This document shows positions 37,306 through 46,810 of a stretch of DNA of 64,000 bases, piece by piece. The number at the start of each line of letters is the position of its first letter. The first letter of the stretch is position 1. This DNA is from Candidatus Aenigmatarchaeota archaeon (GTDB lineage: Archaea; Aenigmatarchaeota; Aenigmatarchaeia; Aenigmatarchaeales; JACQIB01). Below the pieces are notes generated by a model that saw only the letters and a program-made list of their open reading frames with translations, was not told where the DNA came from and ran no database searches. Made by a program: the position numbers and the translations under genes. The stretch is from contig JACQIB010000001.1 of assembly GCA_016198755.1 (NCBI GenBank), forward strand, positions 32,001 to 96,000, in the 5' to 3' direction.

Positions 37306-38037
37306 TCAAATCAACATTGATTGAGGGGAAATTCCAGCTCCACCTGCAGCAGAATATGCCATAGCAACAAAAACAATTATTATTCCTGCCAATATCAACA
37401 GTACTATAAGTGGTAAGAGCAGAGCAATTGCAGCAGTGCTTGTCTTAACTTTGTGTGCAATTTTCATAGCTCGAATCTGATATACAATAGATAATAATGC
37501 AAGAATAGCAACACCTAATCCACCCACTGCAAACAAAATCAATCCGATTGTTGCGCTTGTTTTTATCAGAATAGATCCCAGCAATAAAGGCAACATAAAC
37601 AAATACAGTCCAATCCTTATTGGAGCCTGAACTAAAGCAAGCAGGAAGGTCTGTTTTCCATATGTTCCTGTGCCACCCATGTTCTTTGCAAGCAAATAAA
37701 CAATACCAGAGGAAAGCAGTAATGAAACAGCCTCAGTAACTGTGAAGTAAAAGAGTAGATACCCTGTATACACTAAAAGCACCATAAAAACTGCAGCACC
37801 TACAATTCCTGACATTGAAGGCAGGCCCATAGAAGAGGCAAAACTTTCTGAGATTGTCGGTGATAATAAAAATAACATTATAAGTATAATTCCAAACAGG
37901 ATTGAAGATATACCAGACGACAGTACAGTGTGTATAACCCCATCTTCCAAAGTTCCTTTTTTCAGTGTTTTAGCAAAAGTTTCTTTTGGATTTTGCAAAA
38001 CATCTTTCCAAAGCCCTATCCTTTCTTTAAAACTCAA
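37306..38037 (-). CDS. Yip1-family membrane protein
   Basis: VLQNPKETF, LAKNMGGTG, about 5 TM helices. Confidence 0.75.
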   Translation of the reverse strand: MSFKERIGLWKDVLQNPKETFAKTLKKGTLEDGVIHTVLSSGISSILFGIILIMLFLLSPTISESFASSMGLPSMSGIVGAAVFMVLLVYTGYLLFYFTVTEAVSLLLSSGIVYLLAKNMGGTGTYGKQTFLLALVQAPIRIGLYLFMLPLLLGSILIKTSATIGLILFAVGGLGVAILALLSIVYQIRAMKIAHKVKTSTAAIALLLPLIVLLILAGIIIVFVAMAYSAAGGAGISPQSMLI

Positions 38038-38211
38038 TTAAATCCCCAGCAGGAACCTGCCTCCCATAAGGAGGGAAAACTCTAATGCTATAATAACAAC
38101 AGCAAGCTCAACCACATGAATTGGCTTTAGTTTTATCAGAGCATGCTCAGACTCGTAGTATCTAACAAGCCCAGCCATTCCACTTGGAGCCTGCGACTGC
38201 TGCTTTTCCAT
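38038..38211 (-). CDS. secG: Preprotein translocase subunit Sec61beta (57 aa, below the ORF-track cutoff)
   Basis: Manual translation MEKQQSQAPSGMAGLVRYYESEHALIKLKPIHVV... has the AGLVRYY and K..P..V motif plus a TM helix. Confidence 0.88.
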   Translation of the reverse strand: MEKQQSQAPSGMAGLVRYYESEHALIKLKPIHVVELAVVIIALEFSLLMGGRFLLGI

Positions 38212-38273
38212 GCCTCAAAATTGTATAACTACCTATTTAAACCTGTTGAAACCTAAAGAAAAAATAAGAAAAT

Positions 38274-38684
38274 TTAAGCTATTGAAGCCCCGCTCTCAGT
38301 CTTCGCATCCTCTTCCATTCCCAATGGAGGGCGCTGGTCTGTAAGGTTCATCATGTAGGGACCTCTCCTGCTAAAGTAGTTTCCAACCTTTGTAAAATAT
38401 TTGAACGAAACCTCTAAGGTTTTAACTCCCCAGTTAAAGTGCGCTTCCAGTCTATTGGCCAATAGCACGCTTGTGATACCGTTTATTGCACCCAGTATCA
38501 TGCCTACAAACATGTATACCATTACTATTATATAATAAATAAAACTGTATACAGAACCAACAATCATAATCAAAATAATCCAGATTGGCCTTATAATCAA
38601 AGCTTCTAATCTGCTTGCTTTTGAATCATAGTTAAGCTTAGCATTCCTTATCTTGTACTCAACCGGTACATCTGCCATGCGCAA
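38274..38684 (-). CDS. Membrane protein, DUF4389-like
   Basis: SRLEALIIRPI, hydrophobic core, YMMNLTDQRPP. Confidence 0.6.
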   Translation of the reverse strand: MRMADVPVEYKIRNAKLNYDSKASRLEALIIRPIWIILIMIVGSVYSFIYYIIVMVYMFVGMILGAINGITSVLLANRLEAHFNWGVKTLEVSFKYFTKVGNYFSRRGPYMMNLTDQRPPLGMEEDAKTESGASIA

Positions 38685-38762
38685 TTCTATACACTAACTA
38701 GTATATAAATCTATCTCCAACGGCAAACGCCTTACTTTCTATTCTAGAAGAGAAAAAAAGTT

Positions 38763-39070
38763 GTGTGTTGGGGTTAGCCCGCCTTTTGTTCGCCTGCCCG
38801 GTTTCCCGGGCGCGCGGCGCGGCAGCATTTGTCTAAGCAGCCTACCCGCTGCTCTTTATTCATTGCAGCCTACTTGGCCTTGCACCTTGCTGGTTTTGCG
38901 TTCCAGAGACATACTTCACATTTGTTCATCAGGTCCCTTTTTGCGCTTCCTGTCAGTCTCCCAACAGCCTTTTACAAGGCAGCATTTTTCTGGTGGGCGG
39001 AGCTTCCTCCCCGCTAGCCTCCCCCCGAAAGGATCAGCTGAGCAGGGGCAACTGCCTCCCCAACTCACAC
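38763..39070 (-). ncRNA. rnpB: Archaeal RNase P RNA
   Basis: Minus strand GAGGAAGCTCCGCCCAC and GAACAAAAGGCGGGCTA; complementary termini GTGTGAGTTGGG/CCCAACACAC; GC-rich. Confidence 0.92.
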
Positions 39071-39115
39071 TATAAATTTTATCCAGAACACACTTAAAGC
39101 TTTCTGATGCGGCAA

Positions 39116-39547
39116 TCATTTGGCAGGATGCGCAAAAGATTTCAACAATTCAGCAAAGCTTAGGCAATTTATATCTTTCAGTTTCTTAAAGTCCATACCG
39201 TTGCTTACTATTGCATAAACCCCATGATTTATTGAAACAGCTGCATGAATTGCATCTCTAGGTTCCATACCCTTTCTCATAAAATCAAAAGAAAATGCTA
39301 TGTCCTCTCCAGAAACAGGAACTATGTTCAAATTAAATATTTTGAATATAGACTCTCCATAATTTATTGCGGATGCATAGTCCAAATGTCTCTTAAGTAC
39401 AAATATAACCTCGTCCAGAGTGAGAGAAGATGTTATTGCGCTAATTTTGTTTTCTTCAAGCAACTTAAAAATTTCTCTTGCCCGCTCCCCAATATTTCCC
39501 TTATCCAACCTGGCATAAATAAACAAATTAGAATCCAGATAATACAT
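39116..39547 (-). CDS. vapC: VapC PIN-domain toxin
   Basis: YLDSN, LTLDEV, RDAIHAA. Confidence 0.88.
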   Translation of the reverse strand: MYYLDSNLFIYARLDKGNIGERAREIFKLLEENKISAITSSLTLDEVIFVLKRHLDYASAINYGESIFKIFNLNIVPVSGEDIAFSFDFMRKGMEPRDAIHAAVSINHGVYAIVSNGMDFKKLKDINCLSFAELLKSFAHPAK

Positions 39548-39551
39548 TCTA

Positions 39552-39809
39552 TCACTTTGCTTTTTTGAACCTGTTTAAAGCCTCTTCCTCGTGAAGCTTA
39601 TCTAAATCAAGCTTTTCCAAAAATATTCCATCTCTTTTTACCTGTTGTTCCAAGGTTTCGTACAGTTTAACCTTTTCAGGAGTAATAAATATTTTTCCAT
39701 CTTCCAAAGACACAAAAACATGAGACTTCGGCATTATGCCAGTTATTTTTCTAATTTCCTCAGGTATGACTATCTGGCCTTTGGGTCCAACTTTTCGCTC
39801 AATATTCAT
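39552..39809 (-). CDS. vapB: AbrB/MazE-type antitoxin
   Basis: KVGPKGQIVIPEEIR, upstream of the PIN gene; TAGTATAA direct repeats in the promoter (about 39821-39839). Confidence 0.88.
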   Translation of the reverse strand: MNIERKVGPKGQIVIPEEIRKITGIMPKSHVFVSLEDGKIFITPEKVKLYETLEQQVKRDGIFLEKLDLDKLHEEEALNRFKKAK

Positions 39810-39866
39810 TTATACCACATAGTATAACTTAGTATAATCACTATTTAAAACCGTATCCTTAGAATT

Positions 39867-40124
39867 CTATCCTGCAATGTTTATTGGCTTTGCAAGGGCA
39901 TTTGGAGGCAAAGGCATTGAGAATTTTACCCTCAAAGTTCCGGAAGTTCCATGTAATCCTGTAACAAGTCCATTATACTTTCTTCCCTTTGGATCAGTCC
40001 AGATAGCTTTCTTTCCAACCAGTTTCCCAGCATCTTTTTTATTGTTTACAGCAGGTACCCTAACCAAAACCTCCTTTGTGTATGCTATATGGTAATTTAC
40101 TATTACCCCTGTTGGATCTGTCAT
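39867..40124 (-). CDS. rpl35ae: Ribosomal protein eL33 (L35Ae); start at MTDPTG after a GGTGA RBS
   Basis: LVGKKAIW, G.VTGLHGTSG.LRVKF..PLPP. Confidence 0.88.
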   Translation of the reverse strand: MTDPTGVIVNYHIAYTKEVLVRVPAVNNKKDAGKLVGKKAIWTDPKGRKYNGLVTGLHGTSGTLRVKFSMPLPPNALAKPINIAG

Positions 40125-40213
40125 TGTATCACCTATATTATATGCCATAGCTTTCTTACCCGCACCCCAATACTGTACATAACAGACATATATTGCTATC
40201 GGTTCCAGAAAAA

Positions 40214-41569
40214 TCAAGGAGTAACAGTGCTTGTTGAGGTAGCTTGGTTGTTGTTTTCATTACTCTCGCTTATACTGTTAGAAGGGTCCACGATTACTGT
40301 AACATCATAAGTTCCGGGATCTGTCTGAGCACCGGAAACAGCACAGCTCCTAGTTGGCGAGCTTTGGCCTGCATTAAGGGGGGTAAAGCTCACGGAGCAG
40401 CTAGATACAGGATTGCCTCCTTGGGAGAACATAACCTGTATATTCCCGTTTGAGGAATCACCAGTCCCGCTGTTTGTAACAATCATGTTTGTTTGTCTTC
40501 CTTTGTTCTGGAAACCTGTTATGGAAATTGTAAGGTCTGGCTTTACTTGGGTTGTGGTTGTTGTGCTGGTTGTGGTTGTTGGGACCGTTGTAGTGGTTGT
40601 CGTGGTTGTAGTAGTGGTTGTCGTGGTAGTTGTTGGTGGAGATGAACAGAATCCGCCATTCAGGGCATACCATGAACAGCCAGCTGCTGAACATGCAGCT
40701 GATGATGAACAGACGCCGCAGTTGCTAATAGCACATGTTGGAGATGTGGTTGTAGTAGTAGAGGAAGTTGTAGTGGTAGTAGTTGTAGTTCCGCCCACTG
40801 CTGTAGTCGTGGTTCCGCCAGCCGCAGTAGTTGTTGTACCACCTGCAGCCGTTGTAGTTGTGCTGGAACTGGTTGTAGTTGTTGGGGGAGCAGAACAGGA
40901 AGAAATAGTAGAGTTCCAGTTACAGGATGCACCTGTGCACGCAGATTGGATGGAACAGGCACCGCAATTGCTAATAGCGCATGTTGGAGAAGTAGTGGTT
41001 GTTGTGGAACGTGTTGTGCTCGTAGAAGCACCAACAGAACAAATTCTATTTAGGCAATATCCGCTATTGCAGTCATCATGTGAATTACATGCCTCACCGT
41101 CAGCTTTCTTTCCCACATCCACAGCAGTAGTTGTAGTTCCGCCAGCAGTGGTAGTGGTTTGCCCAGCAATTGTTGTGGTAGATCGTTTAGTTGTGCTTGT
41201 TTCAGCTGGTTTTTCAACAGAAACCTGTCCTGAAGCAGATTTTTTAATAGCGCAGATAACCTGCGAATTATCTGCATCTATCCAGACAGTTACTTCTGTT
41301 TCCACTTCCTTTGAACTTAACACAACTTTCTTGTAGTTTTCAGCAGTAAACTTTGCCCCGCAGATTTGCTCTAGTTCAGCTTTCTGCGCTTCTATTTCAG
41401 TGCTTGTAACATTGAAAACCTGTGTACTGGCATCAGGCACAGTTGAAAGGTAGCTGCTTGCTATGCTTGTTTGCTTTGCAAGTTCTATAGGATCTGTAAT
41501 AGCCTGTCCAGTACAGCCCGCAATAAGCACAACTAACCCCAAAACAAGCAGATACCGCATCCAATACAT
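40214..41569 (-). CDS. Secreted/lipid-anchored Thr-rich surface protein with Cys-rich modules and C-terminal CARDB domain
   Basis: Lipobox LIAGC, poly-Thr linkers, two CAISNCG repeats, KPDL..VDPSNSISESNENNN. Confidence 0.85.
   Translation of the reverse strand: MYWMRYLLVLGLVVLIAGCTGQAITDPIELAKQTSIASSYLSTVPDASTQVFNVTSTEIEAQKAELEQICGAKFTAENYKKVVLSSKEVETEVTVWIDADNSQVICAIKKSASGQVSVEKPAETSTTKRSTTTIAGQTTTTAGGTTTTAVDVGKKADGEACNSHDDCNSGYCLNRICSVGASTSTTRSTTTTTSPTCAISNCGACSIQSACTGASCNWNSTISSCSAPPTTTTSSSTTTTAAGGTTTTAAGGTTTTAVGGTTTTTTTTSSTTTTTSPTCAISNCGVCSSSAACSAAGCSWYALNGGFCSSPPTTTTTTTTTTTTTTTTVPTTTTSTTTTTQVKPDLTISITGFQNKGRQTNMIVTNSGTGDSSNGNIQVMFSQGGNPVSSCSVSFTPLNAGQSSPTRSCAVSGAQTDPGTYDVTVIVDPSNSISESNENNNQATSTSTVTP
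40550..41160 (-). repeat. Low-complexity ACN (Thr) codon repeats and AAGGTTTT peptide repeats within the surface protein
   Basis: GTT/GTA/GTG triplet runs on the + strand; duplicated TGCTAATAGC.CATGTTGGAGA segment. Confidence 0.8.
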
Positions 41570-41584
41570 TCCAAAAGCCAGAAT

Positions 41585-42910
41585 TTAAGCCTTTTCCTTT
41601 GCAATCTTCTTTTCTACCTTTTTCAAAGCTTCTGGATTTGCAGGTTCCTGCGGTTCATTAACTTTTGCTTCCGGCAAAGGAGAAGTTTCTTTTGCGGTTT
41701 CAATCAGTGATTTTGCCTCTTCCATTTTCTTTTCAGCCTTTACTCCCACAGTTGTTGCAGTTGGCAGTATTTCATTCAAAAGCTCTGGTTTGTTTTTCTC
41801 TATTATCTTTTTAACATCCAGCACAAACCTGCGCACATACTCCTTACCCATATACACATCCCTGTCAGGTATCTCCAGCAGCTTCTTTTCCTCAAGCAGT
41901 TTCCTCATATCTATAATTCGTTTCAAAATTTCCTCATACTGCGGGCTTACAAGAGAAGGATCAATAAGGTATTTTTTGAAAGCTTCAGGCAGTTTATCTG
42001 GCTCAGGTGGAAGTTTATCAAGGCTTTTCAGAGCCGCTACGCTGGCTTTAATCATAACCTCATAACTCTTCTTAATATCAGCAGCTTTCCTGCTGTTTTC
42101 CAGTTCTGTTAACAGTTTATCAGCCCTGTTTATGAATTTTTCTGCACGTTCAATCCATTTATCCAAATCAGGCCCTGTTATATCTCCAATTTCCTTATGT
42201 TCCACTTTCTTCCTGAAATCCATTACTTCCTCCAAAGTTTTTGCATGTTCCTCCTCTAACAATCCTGTATCCACCAAGTGCCTTCTCACTTCTCTGGCCA
42301 GTGTTTTCGGTGGAGGTGGCCCAACTCCCACAAACATTAGCAAAGCCTGCGCAGCATCCATAAGAGCATACCACAAATCCTCTGCAACCATGTACAGCTT
42401 CACAGATTTTACTCTCGTTATTCTTTTTGGAACAGACTCAAACCTGAGCTCAGCTGCTTCCACTGTAGCAGGGAACTTTCCCCACTCCAGAAGTTTTCTC
42501 ATTGGTATAAAGAAACCAGTGTCATACAGTGCATATCCCTCACGTATAATGTTGTAGAAAAGCGGATGGCAGGCTCTTATCCCATCCCAGAACTCAGTCA
42601 AAGCCAAGGTAGGCTGCGGGTGTAACCTTGGATCTATGCCTGCAGCAAGTTTGAAAACATCCTTATCCACTTTATCTCTAATCTCATCAAACTTTTTCAA
42701 AGGCATTTTTGTATCATCAAAAATTATATACAAATCCACATCGCTTTTCCCTGTATAATCCCCGCGTGTAACCGATCCCCAAACAACAACAGCCTTAATG
42801 TAGTCCTTAAACATTCTAAGAACAGCATTCTTGAATTCGTTAGCAGATTTCAGCCTTGTTTCAAGTGAAAACTGCCTTAATTTTTTCCCCAGCGGCTTTT
42901 CTTCTGCCAT
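41585..42910 (-). CDS. Minimal nucleotidyltransferase fused to HEPN domain(s)
   Basis: WGSVTRGD...SDVD; HEPN Rx4H motif RKKVEH; second HEPN-like helical repeat. Confidence 0.8.
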   Translation of the reverse strand: MAEEKPLGKKLRQFSLETRLKSANEFKNAVLRMFKDYIKAVVVWGSVTRGDYTGKSDVDLYIIFDDTKMPLKKFDEIRDKVDKDVFKLAAGIDPRLHPQPTLALTEFWDGIRACHPLFYNIIREGYALYDTGFFIPMRKLLEWGKFPATVEAAELRFESVPKRITRVKSVKLYMVAEDLWYALMDAAQALLMFVGVGPPPPKTLAREVRRHLVDTGLLEEEHAKTLEEVMDFRKKVEHKEIGDITGPDLDKWIERAEKFINRADKLLTELENSRKAADIKKSYEVMIKASVAALKSLDKLPPEPDKLPEAFKKYLIDPSLVSPQYEEILKRIIDMRKLLEEKKLLEIPDRDVYMGKEYVRRFVLDVKKIIEKNKPELLNEILPTATTVGVKAEKKMEEAKSLIETAKETSPLPEAKVNEPQEPANPEALKKVEKKIAKEKA

Positions 42911-42979
42911 GTTCTCTCCCCTTTCTATTGTTTTCAGCTGTTTATAATCCTTTTCCTATACAGAAGTACAATAAAGTTA

Positions 42980-44632
42980 TTACCTATACTTCTCCTTTCT
43001 CCATTCTTCCTGCTTTCCTTTCTGTATTGCAGCAGTGCTTAGAAATCCATATTCTTCCTCAGGTATTGCTAAAAGCCCCTTCAAAGGCTCTAAATAATGT
43101 TCTTTAATTAGATTTTGCTGTATAGCAACAAGCGGTTGTCCAGGTTCAAATCCAAAGAAGTCTTCTGGCAAAAGATCTGGAGCTACATCCATTTCCAAAT
43201 ATTTCTTGATTTTTCTCATGCTAAGTACAGTTTGTTTAACCATCCCCTCTTCCCCACCCCTTTCAAAAATCATCCATCCATCCTTGAATCCTTTTTTCCT
43301 GATGTCCCAGAGTCTTTCATAAATATAGAATTGCGGTTCTGATCCAAGCGGAACAGGCATGTGCGAAGGATTTAATGGGGAGGGAGTTGTAATGTGCACT
43401 ATTTTCAGGTACTTTCCGGCATCTTGGGGAAGACTATCTATCTCTTCTTTCGGGTTTAAATTATTCCCAAGCATATGTTCCATGTCCATTGTTATTGACA
43501 TCCATTCACTTCTTACATTTTTAATCATATGATAGATGTAAAACAATCTTGACATCCTTGCATGCAGTTCATAACCCGTCATAGCCATTGGAGTTTCAAA
43601 GGAATAGTATAGCTTGTACTTGTCCAGAAGTGGTTTTGGATCCTGAAAAGGTCCTTTTCCCCCAGGGCATGCATCCTGCATAAAATGTCCCCACGCATAG
43701 AACGCAGCCACTGCAGGCACCCACTTTGTTGTAAACTCATCCTTAGGCAGGTCCTCATCATCTATATCTCCCCCAACAATACCCTTCCATATCGGGTGTT
43801 TTGTTTGCATCATATACTTGGCAACAATAAAGTAAGCCACTTTCTCACACCCGTATGAAAGGTCATCCGTTGAGGCAAAGCTTATTATAAATTTCTTTAA
43901 AGAATCATCCAGCTTCCTTTTTGCTTCTTTCTTTTCTTTATCTCCAAATTTTGATTTTATCTCTTCCATTGTAAGTTCTGGAAAACTCATGCCTTGTGCT
44001 ATATGGGCAGCATTTGCCATTTTCCTGAAATTTCTCTCCTCTTCATATATTCTCTGTAGTTCCTCCCTTTCCTGTTCTTCAAGAAGCTTTTTGTAATCAT
44101 GCGTCCTCAAATAACGATGAGCTCCAATTTCAAGCACATACTTCATTGTTATTGCCCAATCTAGCACCCATGGGAATTTTTCCAGGAACTCCTCAAATGG
44201 CCTTCCCCATGGATCAACCAGTCTGGAAGGTTGCAGTTCCCTTCCTAAAACAATGAACGGGTGTGACTCAGAGCTGTGAACAGTCAGGAACTTTGCCTTA
44301 AGCTTTCCTGCATTTTCTATATGCTTTAGCAGCCTCTCATGAGCTCTCCCATAATCTGTATGGAGGGCAGAAGAAAGCGGCATTGTATCCACTCCCTGCA
44401 TTGCATAAGCTTCCCCATGTATTCCAAAATCCATGCCCAGTTCCCGAATCCTTTTTATTTTATATTCTAAATCAGGCTCCTGAAACTCTGTTATAGATTC
44501 CAAGTCAATCTGTGTAAAAGTAACACCAGCAGTAGCAGCCCAGCTTGCTTTCCTGTGCAGTCCCAGCAGTTCTTCAGCTCTTTTAATTGCCCACATTCCA
44601 GAGGAAACTCCAATAACATAGCCGTTGACCAT
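42980..44632 (-). CDS. Xylose-isomerase/AP-endonuclease-2-like metal TIM barrel with large helical insert
   Basis: GIHG, TVHS, FETP, DMEH, IVHI, HMPV, IFERG. Confidence 0.7.
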   Translation of the reverse strand: MVNGYVIGVSSGMWAIKRAEELLGLHRKASWAATAGVTFTQIDLESITEFQEPDLEYKIKRIRELGMDFGIHGEAYAMQGVDTMPLSSALHTDYGRAHERLLKHIENAGKLKAKFLTVHSSESHPFIVLGRELQPSRLVDPWGRPFEEFLEKFPWVLDWAITMKYVLEIGAHRYLRTHDYKKLLEEQEREELQRIYEEERNFRKMANAAHIAQGMSFPELTMEEIKSKFGDKEKKEAKRKLDDSLKKFIISFASTDDLSYGCEKVAYFIVAKYMMQTKHPIWKGIVGGDIDDEDLPKDEFTTKWVPAVAAFYAWGHFMQDACPGGKGPFQDPKPLLDKYKLYYSFETPMAMTGYELHARMSRLFYIYHMIKNVRSEWMSITMDMEHMLGNNLNPKEEIDSLPQDAGKYLKIVHITTPSPLNPSHMPVPLGSEPQFYIYERLWDIRKKGFKDGWMIFERGGEEGMVKQTVLSMRKIKKYLEMDVAPDLLPEDFFGFEPGQPLVAIQQNLIKEHYLEPLKGLLAIPEEEYGFLSTAAIQKGKQEEWRKEKYR

Positions 44633-44670
44633 GTAAAATATTGGTGTTTGCCCAGCTTAAAAGTTTGCCC

Positions 44671-46452
44671 TTAGAAAATCCCAAACTTGCCCTTAAGGAA
44701 TCTGGTTATTTCCCCATATTTTTCCCCAGCCGGAACAAAATATTGTTTTATCTGCCTTTCTTTCAAAATAGTTTCATACGGACCTGTTTTTACCAGCGTA
44801 AATGTTTTCCCTGCGTGCGTTAAAAACTTCAGCGGATATTTTAGATATCCCCCAATTTTCCCCATTGTATCTCCCCAGTCCTTTGCAAAAGCCTGCAGCT
44901 CTGTTGGTGCTGCAGGTATCTTTTTCCCGAAAATCATTGGAAACTCCTCCTTAACAATTTCCGAAACTCCCTTCCCCTCACCAGTCCTTAAACCAACCAT
45001 AGAGTCCACATACCTATCCAGCTCCCTTTCCCTGCAGATTAACTCAAGTATTTTAAGCAAAATAATGTTCTGGCTTACAACCCAGTTCTTTGGTTCAAAA
45101 ATAATATTTTCCAGTTCCCCGCTCTGTGTTCTTACTCCAAGTCTTGTAACCTCAGTTTCAACAAAAAGATAGTAAAGTTCGTTTCTATCTAAGCTCATTT
45201 CATTTTTATTCCATAGCGGCAATATTTCAGTTTCCACTATCTGGTCTGCAACAGTTTTATTTATTACAGAAGCTGCAGATTTGCACTCTTCACATACCTG
45301 CGTTTCAGATGGTTGGTATTTTTTACAATTCTTGCAAAATGGAACAGGATTCCTCAGCCACGGATAATAATCCTTGTTTGCAAGCCCATACTTTTCATTC
45401 AAAATAAGATCCTTTATAAAATTATCATAAGGATGTATAATGAATCCCTTTTCCCCTTCCGAAACTGGTTTGTGAGCTTCCGGAATTTTGAACTTTACCC
45501 AAGACCAAAGGTATATTTTGTTAGAAAATGTAGCCTGTCCAGTTACTTCAGCAAAACTTTTCAGTAAAGCCTTTCTTATATTTGGTCTATCAGCCCCAAC
45601 TTTCATCATCCTAAATCTTGCAATATGCGGCTTTATCCACTCCCTGTATTCATCAATGCTTCTTTTCCTTGCTATAGCCAGTGTGTTCATGTTTTCATAT
45701 CTCTCTTTCACAGCTTCTCCAAACATCCTTTTCCATTCCAGATAGAGGTTATTTTTTGTTTTCAATATAACGGCTTCCGCTCTTGTAATCCCCATACTGT
45801 TCTGTATTTTCGGTACAGTATCATACTCTTCCTTAAGTCCCATAAAATCTGCAATAAGCGTTGGCCAGCGCGGTGCTATAGAACGCATGGAAATTCCTTC
45901 ACCCGTAAACGCATCCACATTATCCACAAACATTGCTTTCAGGCTGTGCTCGGCCTTTTTCATCCCATCTTCTCTCGCGTTCTTGTCTGTAAGCGCTTTT
46001 GCTTTCTCATACTCCTCAAAGTATTTTAAAATCTCTTTATATTTCCTTATATCATGCCTTACAAGCTCATAATCAGCAATAGCTGCAGCAGCGCTTGCCA
46101 ACCCTGTTTTTATTGTTCCTGCCAAAGCCTCTTTATTAGCCAAAGACCTCTCAAAATACTCTCTATGAGTTGCTGAAACTTCAATCCATTCATCCACTTT
46201 TACAACAGTATACCCTCTTTTTCTCAAGAAAAAGGTATATGAAAAATAAACATTTGAGGCATCCCCTGGACCTGTTGTTAAATCCAGCACAGCAAACTGG
46301 TTTGATAGCTCTTCCACGCCAGGTGGATCCACAGCGCCGGCAGCAGTGAACAACCCATTGTACCAGACATCTGAAGCTGTGGCAGGTATGCCAGGTTTTT
46401 CAAATGCACTTCCATGCGCTATAAAAGGAAATAATGGTTTTTCTGCTACCAT
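44671..46452 (-). CDS. Hypothetical 593-aa protein with coiled-coil and zinc ribbon
   Basis: Long ORF, CKNC-x9-CEEC, charged helical stretches. Confidence 0.75.
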   Translation of the reverse strand: MVAEKPLFPFIAHGSAFEKPGIPATASDVWYNGLFTAAGAVDPPGVEELSNQFAVLDLTTGPGDASNVYFSYTFFLRKRGYTVVKVDEWIEVSATHREYFERSLANKEALAGTIKTGLASAAAAIADYELVRHDIRKYKEILKYFEEYEKAKALTDKNAREDGMKKAEHSLKAMFVDNVDAFTGEGISMRSIAPRWPTLIADFMGLKEEYDTVPKIQNSMGITRAEAVILKTKNNLYLEWKRMFGEAVKERYENMNTLAIARKRSIDEYREWIKPHIARFRMMKVGADRPNIRKALLKSFAEVTGQATFSNKIYLWSWVKFKIPEAHKPVSEGEKGFIIHPYDNFIKDLILNEKYGLANKDYYPWLRNPVPFCKNCKKYQPSETQVCEECKSAASVINKTVADQIVETEILPLWNKNEMSLDRNELYYLFVETEVTRLGVRTQSGELENIIFEPKNWVVSQNIILLKILELICRERELDRYVDSMVGLRTGEGKGVSEIVKEEFPMIFGKKIPAAPTELQAFAKDWGDTMGKIGGYLKYPLKFLTHAGKTFTLVKTGPYETILKERQIKQYFVPAGEKYGEITRFLKGKFGIF

Positions 46453-46458
46453 CCATAA

Positions 46459-46719
46459 TCACCCAAAAAGTACTATTGCAGCTCCTATAAGCAACATTAT
46501 TATTCCAATCATTATGCCTGCCTTTGCCATTGAAGGGAGCTGGTGGGTTGTGGCTGCAGGGAAATAAATCATTATAGCAACTCCAATAACCCCCAAAATC
46601 CCTCCCACTATTTTCGGGCTAATACCCCATAAAAAATACATAATAATTGTGAATATTCCAAACCCTAGAAGAACAGCCCCAGCCTCCCCCAATACTTCAA
46701 GCCTTTCTTCAAATCCCAT
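46459..46719 (-). CDS. Small 3-TM membrane protein
   Basis: Three hydrophobic segments; first gene of the minus-strand run. Confidence 0.7.
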   Translation of the reverse strand: MGFEERLEVLGEAGAVLLGFGIFTIIMYFLWGISPKIVGGILGVIGVAIMIYFPAATTHQLPSMAKAGIMIGIIMLLIGAAIVLFG

Positions 46720-46810
46720 ACACTCTTATTCACTTTCAGGGTATAAAAATATTTTTTCAGGCAGTAGAAAGGCTTTTATTACCTGCAAAGACAATTATTC
46801 TGGGATAAGT

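Noticed and set aside
38761-39119. Short ORFs on both strands
   Set aside because: Overlap the RNase P RNA gene; GC-rich RNA lacks stops by chance
40413-41336. 307-aa Val-rich plus-strand ORF, and a possible repeat array
   Set aside because: Antisense mirror of Thr codons; repeats are coding low-complexity sequence, not repeat-spacer units
46649-46810. N-terminal extension of the 218-aa ORF
   Set aside because: Overlaps the opposite-strand gene and the divergent promoter; similarity to the paralogue begins at Met 46811
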